Source: Trueperaceae bacterium (GTDB lineage: Bacteria; Deinococcota; Deinococci; Deinococcales; Trueperaceae). From it: a stretch of DNA of 64,000 nt. The notes under the pieces were generated by a model. The model was not told the origin of the DNA, did no database searches, and saw only the letters and a program-made list of their open reading frames with translations. The stretch's first letter is position 1, and each line of letters opens with the position of its first letter. Positions 40,794-51,316 of the stretch are shown here, piece after piece. The stretch spans positions 128,001 through 192,000 of the forward strand of contig JAXHNB010000005.1 of NCBI GenBank assembly GCA_034520945.1. The letters run 5' to 3'. The position numbers were made by a program, and so were the translations under genes.

Positions 40794-41948
40794 TCAGGTC
40801 GTGTAGTCGGCGTTGATGCGCACGTACCCGTCGGTCAGGTCGCACCCCCAGGCGCGCCCCTCGGCGCTGCCGGCGCCCAGGTCGGCCTCGATCTCGACCA
40901 CGTCGGCGTCCAGCGCCGCCGACAGTGCGGCCGCGTCGAAGTCCAGCGGCTGGCCGCGGTACACCGTGGTTCCCTGCAGCACGATCTCGGCCTGCCGGGG
41001 GTCGAAGTCGGCGCCGCTGCGCCCCAGGCTGGAGAGGATGCGGCCCCAGTTCGGGTCGCGGCCGTGCACCGCGGTCTTGACGAGGGCGCTGCCGGCCACG
41101 GTGCGGGCGGCGGCCAGGGCGTCGCCCGCACGCGCGGCGCCCCGCACGTGCACGCGGATGAGCGTGCTGGCCCCCTCGCCGTCCGCGGCGATGCGCTCGG
41201 CCAGCTCGGCCGCGACCTGCTCCAGCGCCGCGAGCAACGACGCCTCGGAGGCGTTCACGCGCCGGCTGGACAGCAGCAACGCCATGTCGTTGGGGGAGGT
41301 GTCGCCGTCCACCGTGACCTGATTGAAGGTCCGCGCGGCCACCTCCGGCCACGCCTGGCGTAGTGTGGCGGCCGGCAGGTCGGCGTCCGTCGCCACGAAC
41401 GCCAGCATGGTGCCCATGTCGGGGTGGATCATCCCCGACCCCTTGGCGACGCCCACCACCCGCGCCCCGCCCGGCAGGGTGGCCTCCGCCACCTTGGCGC
41501 GCGTGTCGGTGGTGAGGATCGCCTGCGAGAGCCCCTCCACGCCCTGGCCCAGCGCGGCGGCCACCCGCGGCACGGCCGCCCGGACGGTGTCCATCGGCAT
41601 CGGCACGCCGATCACGCCGGTGCTGGCGGTCAGCACCTGGTCCGGGTCGAGATCGCCGAGGGCGCCGGCGGCCAGCGCCGCCAACGCTTCGTCGTCCTTG
41701 GCGCCCTGGGCGCCGGTGGCGCAGTTGGCGTTGCCGGCGTTCATGATCACCGCCCGCACCGGCGCGCCGGCCGCCAACAGCCGGCGCGTGCGGTCCACGC
41801 AGGCGGCGGACAGCCGGTTGCGGGTGCCGACGAACGCCCAGTCCAGCGGGCCGTCGGCCGCCAGGAGCGCCAGGTCCGGCCGGCCGGACGGTTTCAGGCC
41901 CGCGGCCAGGCCGGCGCTGCGGAAGCCGCGGGGAAGGGTCATGGCCAT
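40794..41948 (-). CDS. argJ: Ornithine acetyltransferase ArgJ
   Basis: NAGNANCATG, STGVIG, KGSGMIHPDMGTML, DGDTSPND, DPNWGR, INADYTT. Confidence 0.95.
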   Translation of the reverse strand: MAMTLPRGFRSAGLAAGLKPSGRPDLALLAADGPLDWAFVGTRNRLSAACVDRTRRLLAAGAPVRAVIMNAGNANCATGAQGAKDDEALAALAAGALGDLDPDQVLTASTGVIGVPMPMDTVRAAVPRVAAALGQGVEGLSQAILTTDTRAKVAEATLPGGARVVGVAKGSGMIHPDMGTMLAFVATDADLPAATLRQAWPEVAARTFNQVTVDGDTSPNDMALLLSSRRVNASEASLLAALEQVAAELAERIAADGEGASTLIRVHVRGAARAGDALAAARTVAGSALVKTAVHGRDPNWGRILSSLGRSGADFDPRQAEIVLQGTTVYRGQPLDFDAAALSAALDADVVEIEADLGAGSAEGRAWGCDLTDGYVRINADYTT

Positions 41949-42997
41949 GGCGCCTCCATCTCCAGCGCGGTCGTCTCGGGGTGCGAGAAGGCGACGTTGA
42001 AGCCCTGCACCGCCTGACCGGCGGCGCCCTTGCCGAGGTTGTCGATCACGCAGAACGTGCTCACGCGGCCGTCGCGCGGGTCCACGCGAAGGGACACCAG
42101 CGCGCGGTCGGAGCCGGCGACCGCCTTGGTGTCCGGAAGCGCCTCCTGCACGTGCACCATGGGGTCATTGGCGTAGTGCGCCTCGTAGAGCTCGAACAGC
42201 GCGTCCTGATCGGCGTCGCGCGTGAGGCGGGTCGTGCAGGTCGCCAGGATGCCGCGCGTCATCGGGGCGAGGTGCGGGGTCAACGAAACGCGGTGCGGAT
42301 GGTAGGGAACGTGCGTGCGCAAGGCCCGCCCCTGCTCGGCGGCGCGGCCCAGCGTCGCCTCGATCTCGGCCAGGTGCCGGTGCGTGCCGGCCGGCTTGTA
42401 CGCCCGCGCGTTGCCGTCCAATTCCGAGAAGTGCAGCGGCTGCGCGGGGGCACGTCCCGCCCCGCTGGCGCCGGTGACCACCGTGCAGGCCGGGTCCTCG
42501 CCCAGCAGGCGGGCCGACGCCAACGGCAGCAGCGCCAGGCTGACGGCGGTGGCGTTGCAGCCCGGCGCGGCCACCACCCGCGCGCCGGGGAGTTCGTCCC
42601 GGTGCGCCTCGACCAGGCCGTAGCGGCACGCCTCCCACGTCTCGGGGTGCGGGTGCTGGCCGTACCAGGTGCGGTAGGTGTCGGGATCCAGCCGCGAGTC
42701 GGCGGACAGGTCGACCACCCGGGCGCCGGCGTCCAGCGCCGCCGCCACCCACGGCGCGGTCGCCCCGTGCGGCGTGGCCAGGAACGCCACGTCCGCCCCC
42801 TCCAGCGCCTCCTCGGACGCAGTGAACGTGCCCTCGAGGAGGCCGGCGAGGTGGGGCCAAGCCTCGGTCACCGGCCGGCCGGCCAGGCTGCGCGACCCCA
42901 GGGCGAGCGTGCCGACGGCGGGGTGGCGCCGCAGGCGGCGGATCAGCCCGCTGCCGCCGTAGCCGTTGGCGCCCAGGATCGCGACACGCAGGCTCAC
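41939..42997 (-). CDS. argC: N-acetyl-gamma-glutamyl-phosphate reductase
   Basis: GANGYGG, DLSAD, PGCNATA, SGAGR, DNLGKGAAGQAVQ. Confidence 0.93.
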   Translation of the reverse strand: MSLRVAILGANGYGGSGLIRRLRRHPAVGTLALGSRSLAGRPVTEAWPHLAGLLEGTFTASEEALEGADVAFLATPHGATAPWVAAALDAGARVVDLSADSRLDPDTYRTWYGQHPHPETWEACRYGLVEAHRDELPGARVVAAPGCNATAVSLALLPLASARLLGEDPACTVVTGASGAGRAPAQPLHFSELDGNARAYKPAGTHRHLAEIEATLGRAAEQGRALRTHVPYHPHRVSLTPHLAPMTRGILATCTTRLTRDADQDALFELYEAHYANDPMVHVQEALPDTKAVAGSDRALVSLRVDPRDGRVSTFCVIDNLGKGAAGQAVQGFNVAFSHPETTALEMEAPWP

Positions 42998-43944
42998 GAC
43001 GGCCCCCTCCCGAGCACCTCGTACAGGATCGCCTTGTGCGCGTGCAGCCGGTTCTCGGCCTGGTCGAACACCACGCTCCGGGGGTGGTGGACGGCCTCCT
43101 CGACCACCTCCTCGCCGTAGTGGGCGGGCAGGTCGTGCATGAACACGCCGCGGGGCGACAGCGCGTCGAACCAGTCGGGGGTGACCGTGTAGCCGCCAAA
43201 GGCGACGCGCCTGCGCTCGGTGTCCTCCTCGTCCCCCATCGAGATCCACACGTCGGTGTACAGCGCGTCCGCGCCCTCGGCGGCGGCGCGCGGGTCGCGC
43301 AGCAGGGTCACGTCCGCCCCGCGAGTGCGAGCCGCGTTCAGGACGTCCGCGTTCGGTTCGAACCCCTCGGGGCAGGCGATCACCAGCGAAGTGCCGGTCA
43401 GGGCGGCGGCGTTCAGGTGGCTGTTGCACACGTTGTTTCCGTCCCCGACGAACGCGATCCGCAGCCCGTCCAGGGTGCCGAACGTCTCGAGCAGGGTGAG
43501 GTAGTCGGCGGTGATCTGACAGGGGTGCACCAGGTCGGAGAGGCCGTTGATCACCGGCACGCGGGCGTGCTCGGCCAGGTCGACCAAGGTGGCGTGCCCG
43601 TAGGTGCGCGCCATGATGCCGTCCACCCAGCGCTCCAGGTTGTGCGCCACGTCGCGGATCGACTCGCGCACGCCGACGCCGATGAAGTTCTGGCTCAGCA
43701 GCACCGAGTGTCCGCCCAGCTGGTACATGGCGATGTCGAAGGTCGAGCGCGTGCGCAACGACTGCTTCTCGAAGATCATCGCCAACGTTCGGTCGGCCAG
43801 GGGCCGCGGCCGGTCCCCCTCCTTCCAGCGTCGCTTGAGCGAAAGGGCGGTGTCGAGCAGGCCGCGGAAACCGCCTCGCTCGAGGCGGGCCAAGGACAGG
43901 AAATCCTTGCCGGCCAGGCCTGGGTCCAACGTCGCGTCCGTCAT
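42994..43944 (-). CDS. argF: Ornithine carbamoyltransferase
   Basis: FEKQSLRT, HPCQ, GDGNNV, DVWISMG, DQAENR; operon with argC and argJ. Confidence 0.9.
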   Translation of the reverse strand: MTDATLDPGLAGKDFLSLARLERGGFRGLLDTALSLKRRWKEGDRPRPLADRTLAMIFEKQSLRTRSTFDIAMYQLGGHSVLLSQNFIGVGVRESIRDVAHNLERWVDGIMARTYGHATLVDLAEHARVPVINGLSDLVHPCQITADYLTLLETFGTLDGLRIAFVGDGNNVCNSHLNAAALTGTSLVIACPEGFEPNADVLNAARTRGADVTLLRDPRAAAEGADALYTDVWISMGDEEDTERRRVAFGGYTVTPDWFDALSPRGVFMHDLPAHYGEEVVEEAVHHPRSVVFDQAENRLHAHKAILYEVLGRGPS

Positions 43945-44056
43945 CGGATGGGGGTCTCCTCGAGGGGGGTCGGGAACGGCCCGCGATGCCGGTCGGCGCC
44001 CGCGTGGGCCGCGCCGGTCGCGTGGAGGGGGAAGCGTACCATGACGTCCGTCGCGC

Positions 44057-45238
44057 TCAGGCGAGCCCCAATGCGCCCAGGTACGCCGACAACAGAGCGT
44101 CGCCGACGAACAGCGACACCGCCGCGCCCAGCGCCAGGAACGGCCCGAACGGGATCTGGCGCGTGCCGCCCCGTGCGCGTTGCACCACGCCAACGATCGC
44201 GCCGCTCAGCACCGCCACGAACAGCGCCACCAGCAGCCCGTCCCAGGCCAGCACCACGCCGAGCAGGGCGGCGAGCTTCACGTCGCCGAAGCCCATCGCC
44301 ACCGGCTCGTCCTCGCCCTCCTCCGCGGCACCTTCGTCGGGCGCCCCCGCCTGGGCGCCGTCGTGCGTGTCGGCCTCCCGGCGCGCGCGGGTGCGGAGGT
44401 CGTACGCCCACCACACCGCCGCGCCGAGCAGCGCCACCGTGCCGCAGGCCGCCAGCCCGCCCGAGATGGCGAGCAGGGGGCCGACCGTGTACGGCGACAG
44501 CGCCAGGGCGACCCCCCACGCCGCCCACGCCAGCGGCTCGGGGATCCGCACCGGCCGACGCGCCAGCAGGTTCAGCGCCAGCGACGCCGCGGCCACCGCC
44601 AGGCCCGGAAGCAGACCGGCCAGCGTCCCGGCGACGGCGGCCAGGTTGGCCTGATCGAAGCCGATCGGCCACAGCCGCTCGCGGGTGTCGCGGAAGCGGC
44701 GCAGCGCCAGCGCGCCCACGCGGTTCACGACCGTGAGCGCCCCGGCGCCCAGGGCGGCGCCCAGGGCGGCGGCGCCGGGCGCCGGCAGGGCACCCTCGCC
44801 GCCCACCCACCAGGTGGCCGCCCCCAGCACCAAGATGCCCGGCAGCGTCAGCGCGTCGGGGATCTGGGTCGTGTCCAGGTCGATGAACGCGATGATCAGC
44901 AGCAATGTCCACCACGCCGCCAGCACCGTGAACGCGCCGGGCGCGTCCAGCGGCGAGGTCCGGAGCGCCAGGGCGGCGAAGCCGAGTGCGCCGAGCAGCT
45001 CGACCGCGGGGTAGCGGGCCGAGATGGGCGCGCCGCAACCGCGGCAGCGCCGGCCCTGCACCAGCCAGGAGGCCACTGGAACCAGCTCCAACGGGCCCAG
45101 CACCCGCCCGCAGGCGGGACAGGCCGAGCGGGGACGCACGATCGACGTTCCAGCGGGGAGGCGGTGGATGACCACGTTGGCGAAACTGCCCACCAGCGCA
45201 CCCAGCAGCCCGCACACGGCGGCGACGGCCAGGGTCAT
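44057..45238 (-). CDS. pilD: Prepilin peptidase
   Basis: GSFANVVIHRLP, two CxxC, FIDL, MGFGDVKL, IPFGPFL. Confidence 0.93.
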   Translation of the reverse strand: MTLAVAAVCGLLGALVGSFANVVIHRLPAGTSIVRPRSACPACGRVLGPLELVPVASWLVQGRRCRGCGAPISARYPAVELLGALGFAALALRTSPLDAPGAFTVLAAWWTLLLIIAFIDLDTTQIPDALTLPGILVLGAATWWVGGEGALPAPGAAALGAALGAGALTVVNRVGALALRRFRDTRERLWPIGFDQANLAAVAGTLAGLLPGLAVAAASLALNLLARRPVRIPEPLAWAAWGVALALSPYTVGPLLAISGGLAACGTVALLGAAVWWAYDLRTRARREADTHDGAQAGAPDEGAAEEGEDEPVAMGFGDVKLAALLGVVLAWDGLLVALFVAVLSGAIVGVVQRARGGTRQIPFGPFLALGAAVSLFVGDALLSAYLGALGLA

Positions 45239-45341
45239 GCGGGGCGGGACGGGGGAGAGCGGAACGTGGGGCGTGACGGGTTGGGCATGCGGCTCCTTCC
45301 GGGAACGGTTCTCATCAAACCGGTGGTACGGTGCGAACGCT

Positions 45342-45857
45342 ATGAAGAGACGTACCTACGTCCCCCTCCTCGCGCTCCTGCTCCTGGCGTGCTTCGGCGC
45401 TGCCCAGGCGCAGGACGCCGCGCCCGCCACCCTGCGCGTCGCCTTCGTCGACACGCAGGCGCTGATCCGTGCCCACCCCGCCAACGACGAAATCTCCCGC
45501 CTCAGCGAGTCGCTGGACCAGGAGCTCTCCGAGCTGATCCAGCAGCGCCGGGAGCTGGCCGAGAAGCAACAGGCAGAAGGCCTGAACGCGGAGGAGCAGG
45601 AACTGCTCCAGGCGCTCAACGTCACCATCGAGACCCGCCGCGAGCGCGGCCTGTCCGACATCCGCGAGGCCGCCGCGCCGGCGGAGGAGGCCGCCAACGA
45701 GGTCATCCGCGAGATCGCGGTGGAGGAGAACTTCGAGCTGGTCCTCGACATCGAGGCGGCGAGCGGCCTGGTGGTGTACGCCGACCAGGACCTGCCCGAC
45801 ATCACCGAGCAGGCGTTGGCCATCCTCGAGGAACGATTCCAGACCGACGCCGAATAG
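45342..45857 (+). CDS. OmpH/Skp-family periplasmic chaperone
   Basis: Signal peptide, VAFVD, coiled coil, LVLD...VYA...DIT. Confidence 0.85.
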   Translation: MKRRTYVPLLALLLLACFGAAQAQDAAPATLRVAFVDTQALIRAHPANDEISRLSESLDQELSELIQQRRELAEKQQAEGLNAEEQELLQALNVTIETRRERGLSDIREAAAPAEEAANEVIREIAVEENFELVLDIEAASGLVVYADQDLPDITEQALAILEERFQTDAE

Positions 45858-45889
45858 CCCGTTCGCGCGCAGCGCGCCGCGGCGGCCGC

Positions 45890-46636
45890 TCAGCCGTCCG
45901 GCGTTGCGCCCTCCTCGCGTAGCGACGCGAGGAGGGCGCGACCTTCGGGTCCCAGCGTGGCGCGCGACAGCAGGTCGGGCCGCCGGGCGAGGGTGCGCCG
46001 CAACGCCTGTTCGCGCCGCCAACGCTCCACGCGCGCGTGATCGCCCGAGGTGAGCACCTCGGGCACGCCCGCGCCGCCATAGGTCGCGGGGCGCGTGTAC
46101 TCGGGGTAGTCCAGCAGGCCGCCGGCGAACGAGTCCTGCCGGTGGCTGTCCTCGTCGCCCAGCACGCCGGGGATCAGACGCGAGACCGCTTCGATCAGGC
46201 ACAGGGCGGGCAGTTCGCCGCCCATCAGCACGAAATCGCCGACGGACACCTCCCGGTCGACGCGTGACTCGACGCGGGCGTCGAAGCCCTCGTAGCGTCC
46301 GGACAGCAGGCACAGGTGCGTGCGGCCCGCCAACTGCTCGACCAGCTCCTGCGTGAGGGGGGTGCCGGCGGGGCTCAGCAGCACCGTCTCGTCCGGCGGC
46401 GGGTCGTCGCGACGCGCCTCCTCCAGGGCGGCGGCCGCGACGTCGACGCGGATCACCATGCCCGCCCCGCCGCCGTAGGGCGCGTCGTCCACGCGGCCGG
46501 TGCGATTGCCGGCGAAGCGGCGCAGGTCCCGCGTCCGCACCGCGATCCGGCCCGACTGCCGCGCGCGGCCCAGGATGGCCTCCTCCAGGTACCCCTCGAC
46601 GAGGCCCGGAAACAGGGTGTAGACGGTGAAGATCAC
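45890..46636 (-). CDS. trmD: tRNA (guanine-N1)-methyltransferase
   Basis: [40 protein letters not shown]. Confidence 0.96.
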   Translation of the reverse strand: MIFTVYTLFPGLVEGYLEEAILGRARQSGRIAVRTRDLRRFAGNRTGRVDDAPYGGGAGMVIRVDVAAAALEEARRDDPPPDETVLLSPAGTPLTQELVEQLAGRTHLCLLSGRYEGFDARVESRVDREVSVGDFVLMGGELPALCLIEAVSRLIPGVLGDEDSHRQDSFAGGLLDYPEYTRPATYGGAGVPEVLTSGDHARVERWRREQALRRTLARRPDLLSRATLGPEGRALLASLREEGATPDG

Positions 46637-47151
46637 GACGGGTCCTCCAGCAGGCCGGGTGGGGGCGCCGTGACCCGCACGGCGTCGTCGTCGACGCGCA
46701 CGTAGGGGGCGTTCAGCGGCACCAGGCGTTCCCCGTCGGGCCCGTCTACGTACAGCAGCGGGTTGGCGCCGGGCGGCGATTCGGCCGTGACGGTGCCGAA
46801 GGGGCGCCCGTCCACCACGACGGGAAGGCCGACGGCGACGGGCGCCAGCGCGCGCCGCGCCTCCTCGGGCAGGCGCGCCGGATCGACGCGCACGGCGGCG
46901 TGCCGGTGCGCCTTGGCCGCGTCGACGTGCCGGATGCGGTCGATGCGCGCCAGCCAGCCCTTCCCGTGCGGCGCGAGGTCCAGCAGCCGGGCCTCGCCCA
47001 GGCCGTCGATCCACACGCTGGGCGCCGCCCGCAACGCCGCGACCGCGGCCTCGCTCACGGGGCGCACGTACAACGCCCCCTCCAGGCCGTGGCTCCGGCC
47101 GAGATGGCCGAGAACCGCGAGGCCGGGTGGGGGCGGCTCGGGGATCGACAC
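46633..47151 (-). CDS. rimM: Ribosome maturation factor RimM
   Basis: [12 protein letters not shown] barrel ending PPGLL; between khpA and trmD. Confidence 0.9.
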   Translation of the reverse strand: MSIPEPPPPGLAVLGHLGRSHGLEGALYVRPVSEAAVAALRAAPSVWIDGLGEARLLDLAPHGKGWLARIDRIRHVDAAKAHRHAAVRVDPARLPEEARRALAPVAVGLPVVVDGRPFGTVTAESPPGANPLLYVDGPDGERLVPLNAPYVRVDDDAVRVTAPPPGLLEDPS

Positions 47152-47158
47152 GGGCGGG

Positions 47159-47389
47159 TCAGTCGATCAGATCGACGTCCACGCGCTGCCGCCCGTCGAC
47201 GGCGGCGCGCGCCAGCGTGCGGATCGCGTTGATGATGCGACCGCCCCGCCCGATGATGCGGCCCGCGTCGCCTTGGGCGCAGCGAACCTCGATGCGTACG
47301 CCCTTGTCGGTGCGCTCGGCCCCGACCCCCAACGCGTCCGGATCCTCGACCAGGTTCTGAACGACGTAGGTGACCAGCTCGAGCGGCAC
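47159..47389 (-). CDS. khpA: KH-domain RNA-binding protein KhpA
   Basis: DAGRIIGRGGRIINAIRT; rpsP-KH-rimM-trmD synteny. Confidence 0.9.
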   Translation of the reverse strand: MPLELVTYVVQNLVEDPDALGVGAERTDKGVRIEVRCAQGDAGRIIGRGGRIINAIRTLARAAVDGRQRVDVDLID

Positions 47390-47400
47390 GGCCGGGTTCC

Positions 47401-47703
47401 TCAGGCGCCGGCGCCGACGCGCTTCACGTAGCCGTCGGCACGCTTGGCCCGGACCTGCCCGATGTCGACGCCGTGCGACTCCAGCAGGCGGAGCACGGTC
47501 TCGCTCGGTTGCGCACCGACCGACAGCCAGTGCGACGCGCGTTCGGTGTCGATCCGTAGCGCCGGGTCGGTGGTCTCGCGCGGGTCGTAATGCCCGAGTT
47601 GTTCCAGGAAGTCGGACGAGCGCTTCTTGCGCGCATCGACGACCACCATGCGGTAGTGGGGGTTGCGCTTGGAGCCCGTGCGCATCAGACGAATCTTGAC
47701 CAT
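47401..47703 (-). CDS. rpsP: 30S ribosomal protein S16
   Basis: [10 protein letters not shown]...PHYR...GHYDP...[12 protein letters not shown]. Confidence 0.97.
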   Translation of the reverse strand: MVKIRLMRTGSKRNPHYRMVVVDARKKRSSDFLEQLGHYDPRETTDPALRIDTERASHWLSVGAQPSETVLRLLESHGVDIGQVRAKRADGYVKRVGAGA

Positions 47704-47850
47704 GCCTTCACTCCTCGTGGCGTCGCTGCGGGCCGAACCCGTGCGACGCGGATCGTTGCCGCTCGAATCGCGTCGGCGTGCCGCGGCGCCGGTTGAAGGC
47801 CGCCGTTCGCGCCCATCGGTCCGGGCCGGAGCCCGGGTCAGCAGTTCCCT

Positions 47851-47880
47851 ACTCTACACGGCCGCGCGGGCGCGGCGCAA
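47851..47880 (-). promoter_or_regulatory. Probable rpsP operon promoter
   Basis: TTGCGC, 18 bp, TAGAGT. Confidence 0.5.
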
Positions 47881-47898
47881 ATCGCGCCGCGGCGGGCG

Positions 47899-49215
47899 TC
47901 ACGGCCGCAGGCCGCGGCCGCCGCCCTTCGGGGGCCGCCGGCCCATCCGCTTCATCATCTTCCGCATCTGTTCGTAGTTCTTCATCAGGCGGTTCACGTC
48001 CTGCACGGTGGTGCCCGACCCGCGCGCGATCCGGCGCCGCCGGCTGGCGTTCAGAAGCTTCGGGCGCCGACGCTCGGTGTCGGTCATGCTGGAGATGATC
48101 GCCTCGACCCGGCCGATCTCGCCCTCGTCGACCTCGCTACCCTCGGGAAGCATCTTTTTGGCGCCTGGCACCATGCCCAGGATCTCGCTGAACGAGCCCA
48201 TCTTCTTGAGGCGCTGCATCTGCGTCAGCATGTCCTGCAGCGTGAAGTCGGCGAGCTTGCCGGGCTCCCCCTCCTGCGCCTCGTCCCCCTCCAACGCCTT
48301 GGCCTTCTCGACCAGCGTGAGCACGTCGCCCATGCCGAGGATCCGGCCGGCGATCCGGTCGGGATGGAACGGCTCCAGGCCGTCCAGACGCTCGCTGGTG
48401 CCGGCGAAGTAGATCGGCTTGCCGGTGACGTGCATCGCCGACAGGGCGGCACCCCCGCGGGCGTCGCCGTCCATCTTGCTCATCACCAGGCCGCTGACGC
48501 CGACGCGCCCGTCGAAGCTGGTGGCGACCGGCAGCGACTGTTGCCCGGTCATGGCGTCCACCACCAACAGGCGCTCGGTCGGGCGCAACGCCGTCGCCAG
48601 GTCGGACAGCTCGTCCATCAGCGCCTCGTCGATCTGCAGGCGGCCTGCGGTATCAACGATCACCAGATCGCGGAAGTCGTTCTTCAGCCAGGCGTCCAGC
48701 CGCGCCTTGGTGGTGGCGGCCGCCTCGTCGTCCTCGACCTTGAGGATCGGTACGCCCACCTGCTTGGCGAGCACCTCGAGCTGATCCCGGGCGGCGGGAC
48801 GCTGCGTGTCGGCCGCCACCAGCAACGGCCTACGCCCCTTCGCCTTGTACTGGTACGCCAGCTTGCCGGCGGTGGTGGTCTTGCCGGAGCCCTGCAGGCC
48901 CATCAGGAGCCACACGTTGCCTTCGCTCCGCAGTTCGGGCTGGCGGGCCTCGCCGCCGAGCACCTGCTTCAACTCCTCGTGCACGACAGCGATGACGCGC
49001 TGATCAGGGTTGAGGCTCATCAGCACTTCGGAGCCGACGGCCTTCTCCTGGACGCGTTTGGTGAAGTCACGGGCGACCTCGAGGTTCACGTCCGCCTCGA
49101 GAAGTGCGATCCGCACCTCCCGCAACGCGGCCTTGACGTCGGCTTCGCTGAGCTTGCCGCGGCCGCGCAGGTTGTCGAACACCGACTGGAGTCGATCACC
49201 GAGATTCTGGAACAT
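47899..49215 (-). CDS. ffh: Signal recognition particle protein
   Basis: [46 protein letters not shown]. Confidence 0.97.
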   Translation of the reverse strand: MFQNLGDRLQSVFDNLRGRGKLSEADVKAALREVRIALLEADVNLEVARDFTKRVQEKAVGSEVLMSLNPDQRVIAVVHEELKQVLGGEARQPELRSEGNVWLLMGLQGSGKTTTAGKLAYQYKAKGRRPLLVAADTQRPAARDQLEVLAKQVGVPILKVEDDEAAATTKARLDAWLKNDFRDLVIVDTAGRLQIDEALMDELSDLATALRPTERLLVVDAMTGQQSLPVATSFDGRVGVSGLVMSKMDGDARGGAALSAMHVTGKPIYFAGTSERLDGLEPFHPDRIAGRILGMGDVLTLVEKAKALEGDEAQEGEPGKLADFTLQDMLTQMQRLKKMGSFSEILGMVPGAKKMLPEGSEVDEGEIGRVEAIISSMTDTERRRPKLLNASRRRRIARGSGTTVQDVNRLMKNYEQMRKMMKRMGRRPPKGGGRGLRP

Positions 49216-49319
49216 GGGTGTGGGTATCCTCGCGCACCTCCCCGTGCGCGCAGAAGGCGAACCGTAGGGTAGCGGACGCGCTTCGGACCGTCAAGAAGGG
49301 GGTGCTACAGTCGGGGAAG

Positions 49320-49796
49320 ATGCCGAGCCCACCGATCTCCCCCTTCCTCCGCCACGCCCTGCTGGGCGTAGCGCTCCTGGCGGCCGCGCCGTTCGCGGCG
49401 CCACCGGTGGCCGCCCAGACCCTGGCCGAGGTGACGTTCGTGGCGGCCACCTCGGCGTCGCTGGATCCCTCGATCCGGTTGCCTTCGGGCAGCGTCCGGG
49501 CGATCGGACCCGGTGTCGACGCCCTGTTGGCGCGGCTTCCGGACGCGCACGCCTGGACGGAGCCGGAGGCGTACGCCGCGCGCGGCCTCGCGACCCGCCT
49601 GCGGCCGGCCTTCGAGCATCAGGTCGCCACCTCGTTCGCCAGCGCAGGCTACTTCGAGCGTTCGCGCCGAACCCTGCAGGACGGAGAGACGGACCGGACC
49701 CGCATCGAGTTCGAGGACGCGGCCGGGCGACGCACGTTGTTGGTTCTGTTCGACGCGCCGGACGCGCTGGTATGGCTGATCGCCGTCGCGCGCTGA
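49320..49796 (+). CDS. Secreted hypothetical protein
   Basis: Signal-peptide-like N-terminus; TACAGT-N8-ATG. Confidence 0.65.
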   Translation: MPSPPISPFLRHALLGVALLAAAPFAAPPVAAQTLAEVTFVAATSASLDPSIRLPSGSVRAIGPGVDALLARLPDAHAWTEPEAYAARGLATRLRPAFEHQVATSFASAGYFERSRRTLQDGETDRTRIEFEDAAGRRTLLVLFDAPDALVWLIAVAR

Positions 49797-51316
49797 ACGC
49801 GGCCCCCGCACGCGGGGCCTGGGCAGACCCTCGCCGGACGCGCCTCGCGGCCGCGGCAATCGCCGCGCTCGCTCTGGTGGGCTCCGTCGTGGCGCAGCAG
49901 GACGTGGGCGAGGCGCCGGAGGTGTTGCGCGAGGCGCGGGCCGCGCTGCAAGAGGCGAGCGCCACGCCCGGGTACGCCACGCCCGACGTGCCGGTGTGGG
50001 ACCGCGCCATCCGCGCGGCGCGCGCGGCGGAGGAGGCGCTGGCGGGTGGGCCGCACGAGGCCGCCGCCGTCCGTCACCTGGCGCGGACCTACCAGGCGGT
50101 GGCCTGGTGGTCCCGGGCGGCCCGGACCTGGACGCGGCTGGAGGCGTTGGAGGGCACGCTGGAGGGCGAGGACCTCGCCGCCTGGCGCGAGGCCGTCATG
50201 CAGCTGGCCTACGCCCGCTACGAGTCGGGTGAGCCGGCGGCGGCGGCCGAACGCCTGGACGAGGTGCTGGCGGCCCTCCCGGGCGACGTGGAGGCCCTGC
50301 GCTGGCGCGGCCGGATCGCGCTGGAAGGCGGCGATGCGGAGGCCGCGGAGGCGTACTTCACGCGTGTGCTGGAACGACGCCCGGGCGACGACGAGGCGCG
50401 CTACCAGCGCACGTTGGCCCGCGAACGCCTGGCGCACGGGCGCGCCGCCAGCGACGCGTTCCGCCAGGGGGTGGCGGCCCACGGAGCCGGCGACGTGGAG
50501 ACCGCTCTCGAGGCCTTCCAGCGGGCGATCGACGCCGCGCCCGATTGGATCGCGCCCGCGCGTTGGCGGGCCCGAACCCTTCTGGAGGCCGGTCGCGACC
50601 AGGCGGCGGTCGAGGCGTGGACGGCGCTGGCCGAGCGCACCCAAGGTGACGAGGAGATCGCCTGGTTCGCACGACGGGCGCGGCTGCAGGCGCAGGTGGG
50701 CCGGCCGGCGGTGCTGGCGGCGGACGACGCCCGCGAGGCCCGCACGAACGGCGATCCCGCCGCGGCGGCCGATGCCTGGGCGCGTGCCGTCGACGCCGCC
50801 CCGGGGTGGCTGGATGCGCGCATCGGCCTGGCCCGCGCCGCGACGGACGCCGGCGACGCGGCGCGGGCCGAGGCGGCCTGGCGCGAGGTGCTGGCCCGCA
50901 CAGGCGCCGACCACCCGGCGCAGGCCGAGGCGCGCAGCGCGCTGGAGCGGATCGGCGTGCTGCGGCGCTTGGGCCCGGACCTCGGAGGCGTGTACGTCGA
51001 CGCGCTGGACGCCTACGAGCGGGGCGACGCGGACGAGGCCCGACCCGCGCTGCGCCGCGTGGTCGAGGCCGTCCCCGACTTCGCCGCGGGCTGGGCCGCG
51101 CTGGGGCGGGTGGCGTTCGCCCAAGCCGACTGGCCCGTCGCGGCCGAGGCGTACGGCCGCGCCGCGGCGCTGAACCCGGAAAACGACGACTACGCCTACT
51201 TCGCAAGCGAGGCCCGCTCGCTGGCGGGCATGACCGACCCATCCCAGGACGACCCGAACGGCGCGTCGCGTGCGCCGGACGCGTCCGACCCGAACGAGGA
51301 CACGGAGGACCCTTGA
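49772..51316 (+). CDS. Secreted TPR-repeat protein
   Basis: Signal peptide and multiple TPR motifs (AYFTRVLERRP, AFQRAIDAAP, AYGRAAALNP); start uncertain. Confidence 0.8.
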   Translation: MADRRRALNAAPARGAWADPRRTRLAAAAIAALALVGSVVAQQDVGEAPEVLREARAALQEASATPGYATPDVPVWDRAIRAARAAEEALAGGPHEAAAVRHLARTYQAVAWWSRAARTWTRLEALEGTLEGEDLAAWREAVMQLAYARYESGEPAAAAERLDEVLAALPGDVEALRWRGRIALEGGDAEAAEAYFTRVLERRPGDDEARYQRTLARERLAHGRAASDAFRQGVAAHGAGDVETALEAFQRAIDAAPDWIAPARWRARTLLEAGRDQAAVEAWTALAERTQGDEEIAWFARRARLQAQVGRPAVLAADDAREARTNGDPAAAADAWARAVDAAPGWLDARIGLARAATDAGDAARAEAAWREVLARTGADHPAQAEARSALERIGVLRRLGPDLGGVYVDALDAYERGDADEARPALRRVVEAVPDFAAGWAALGRVAFAQADWPVAAEAYGRAAALNPENDDYAYFASEARSLAGMTDPSQDDPNGASRAPDASDPNEDTEDP

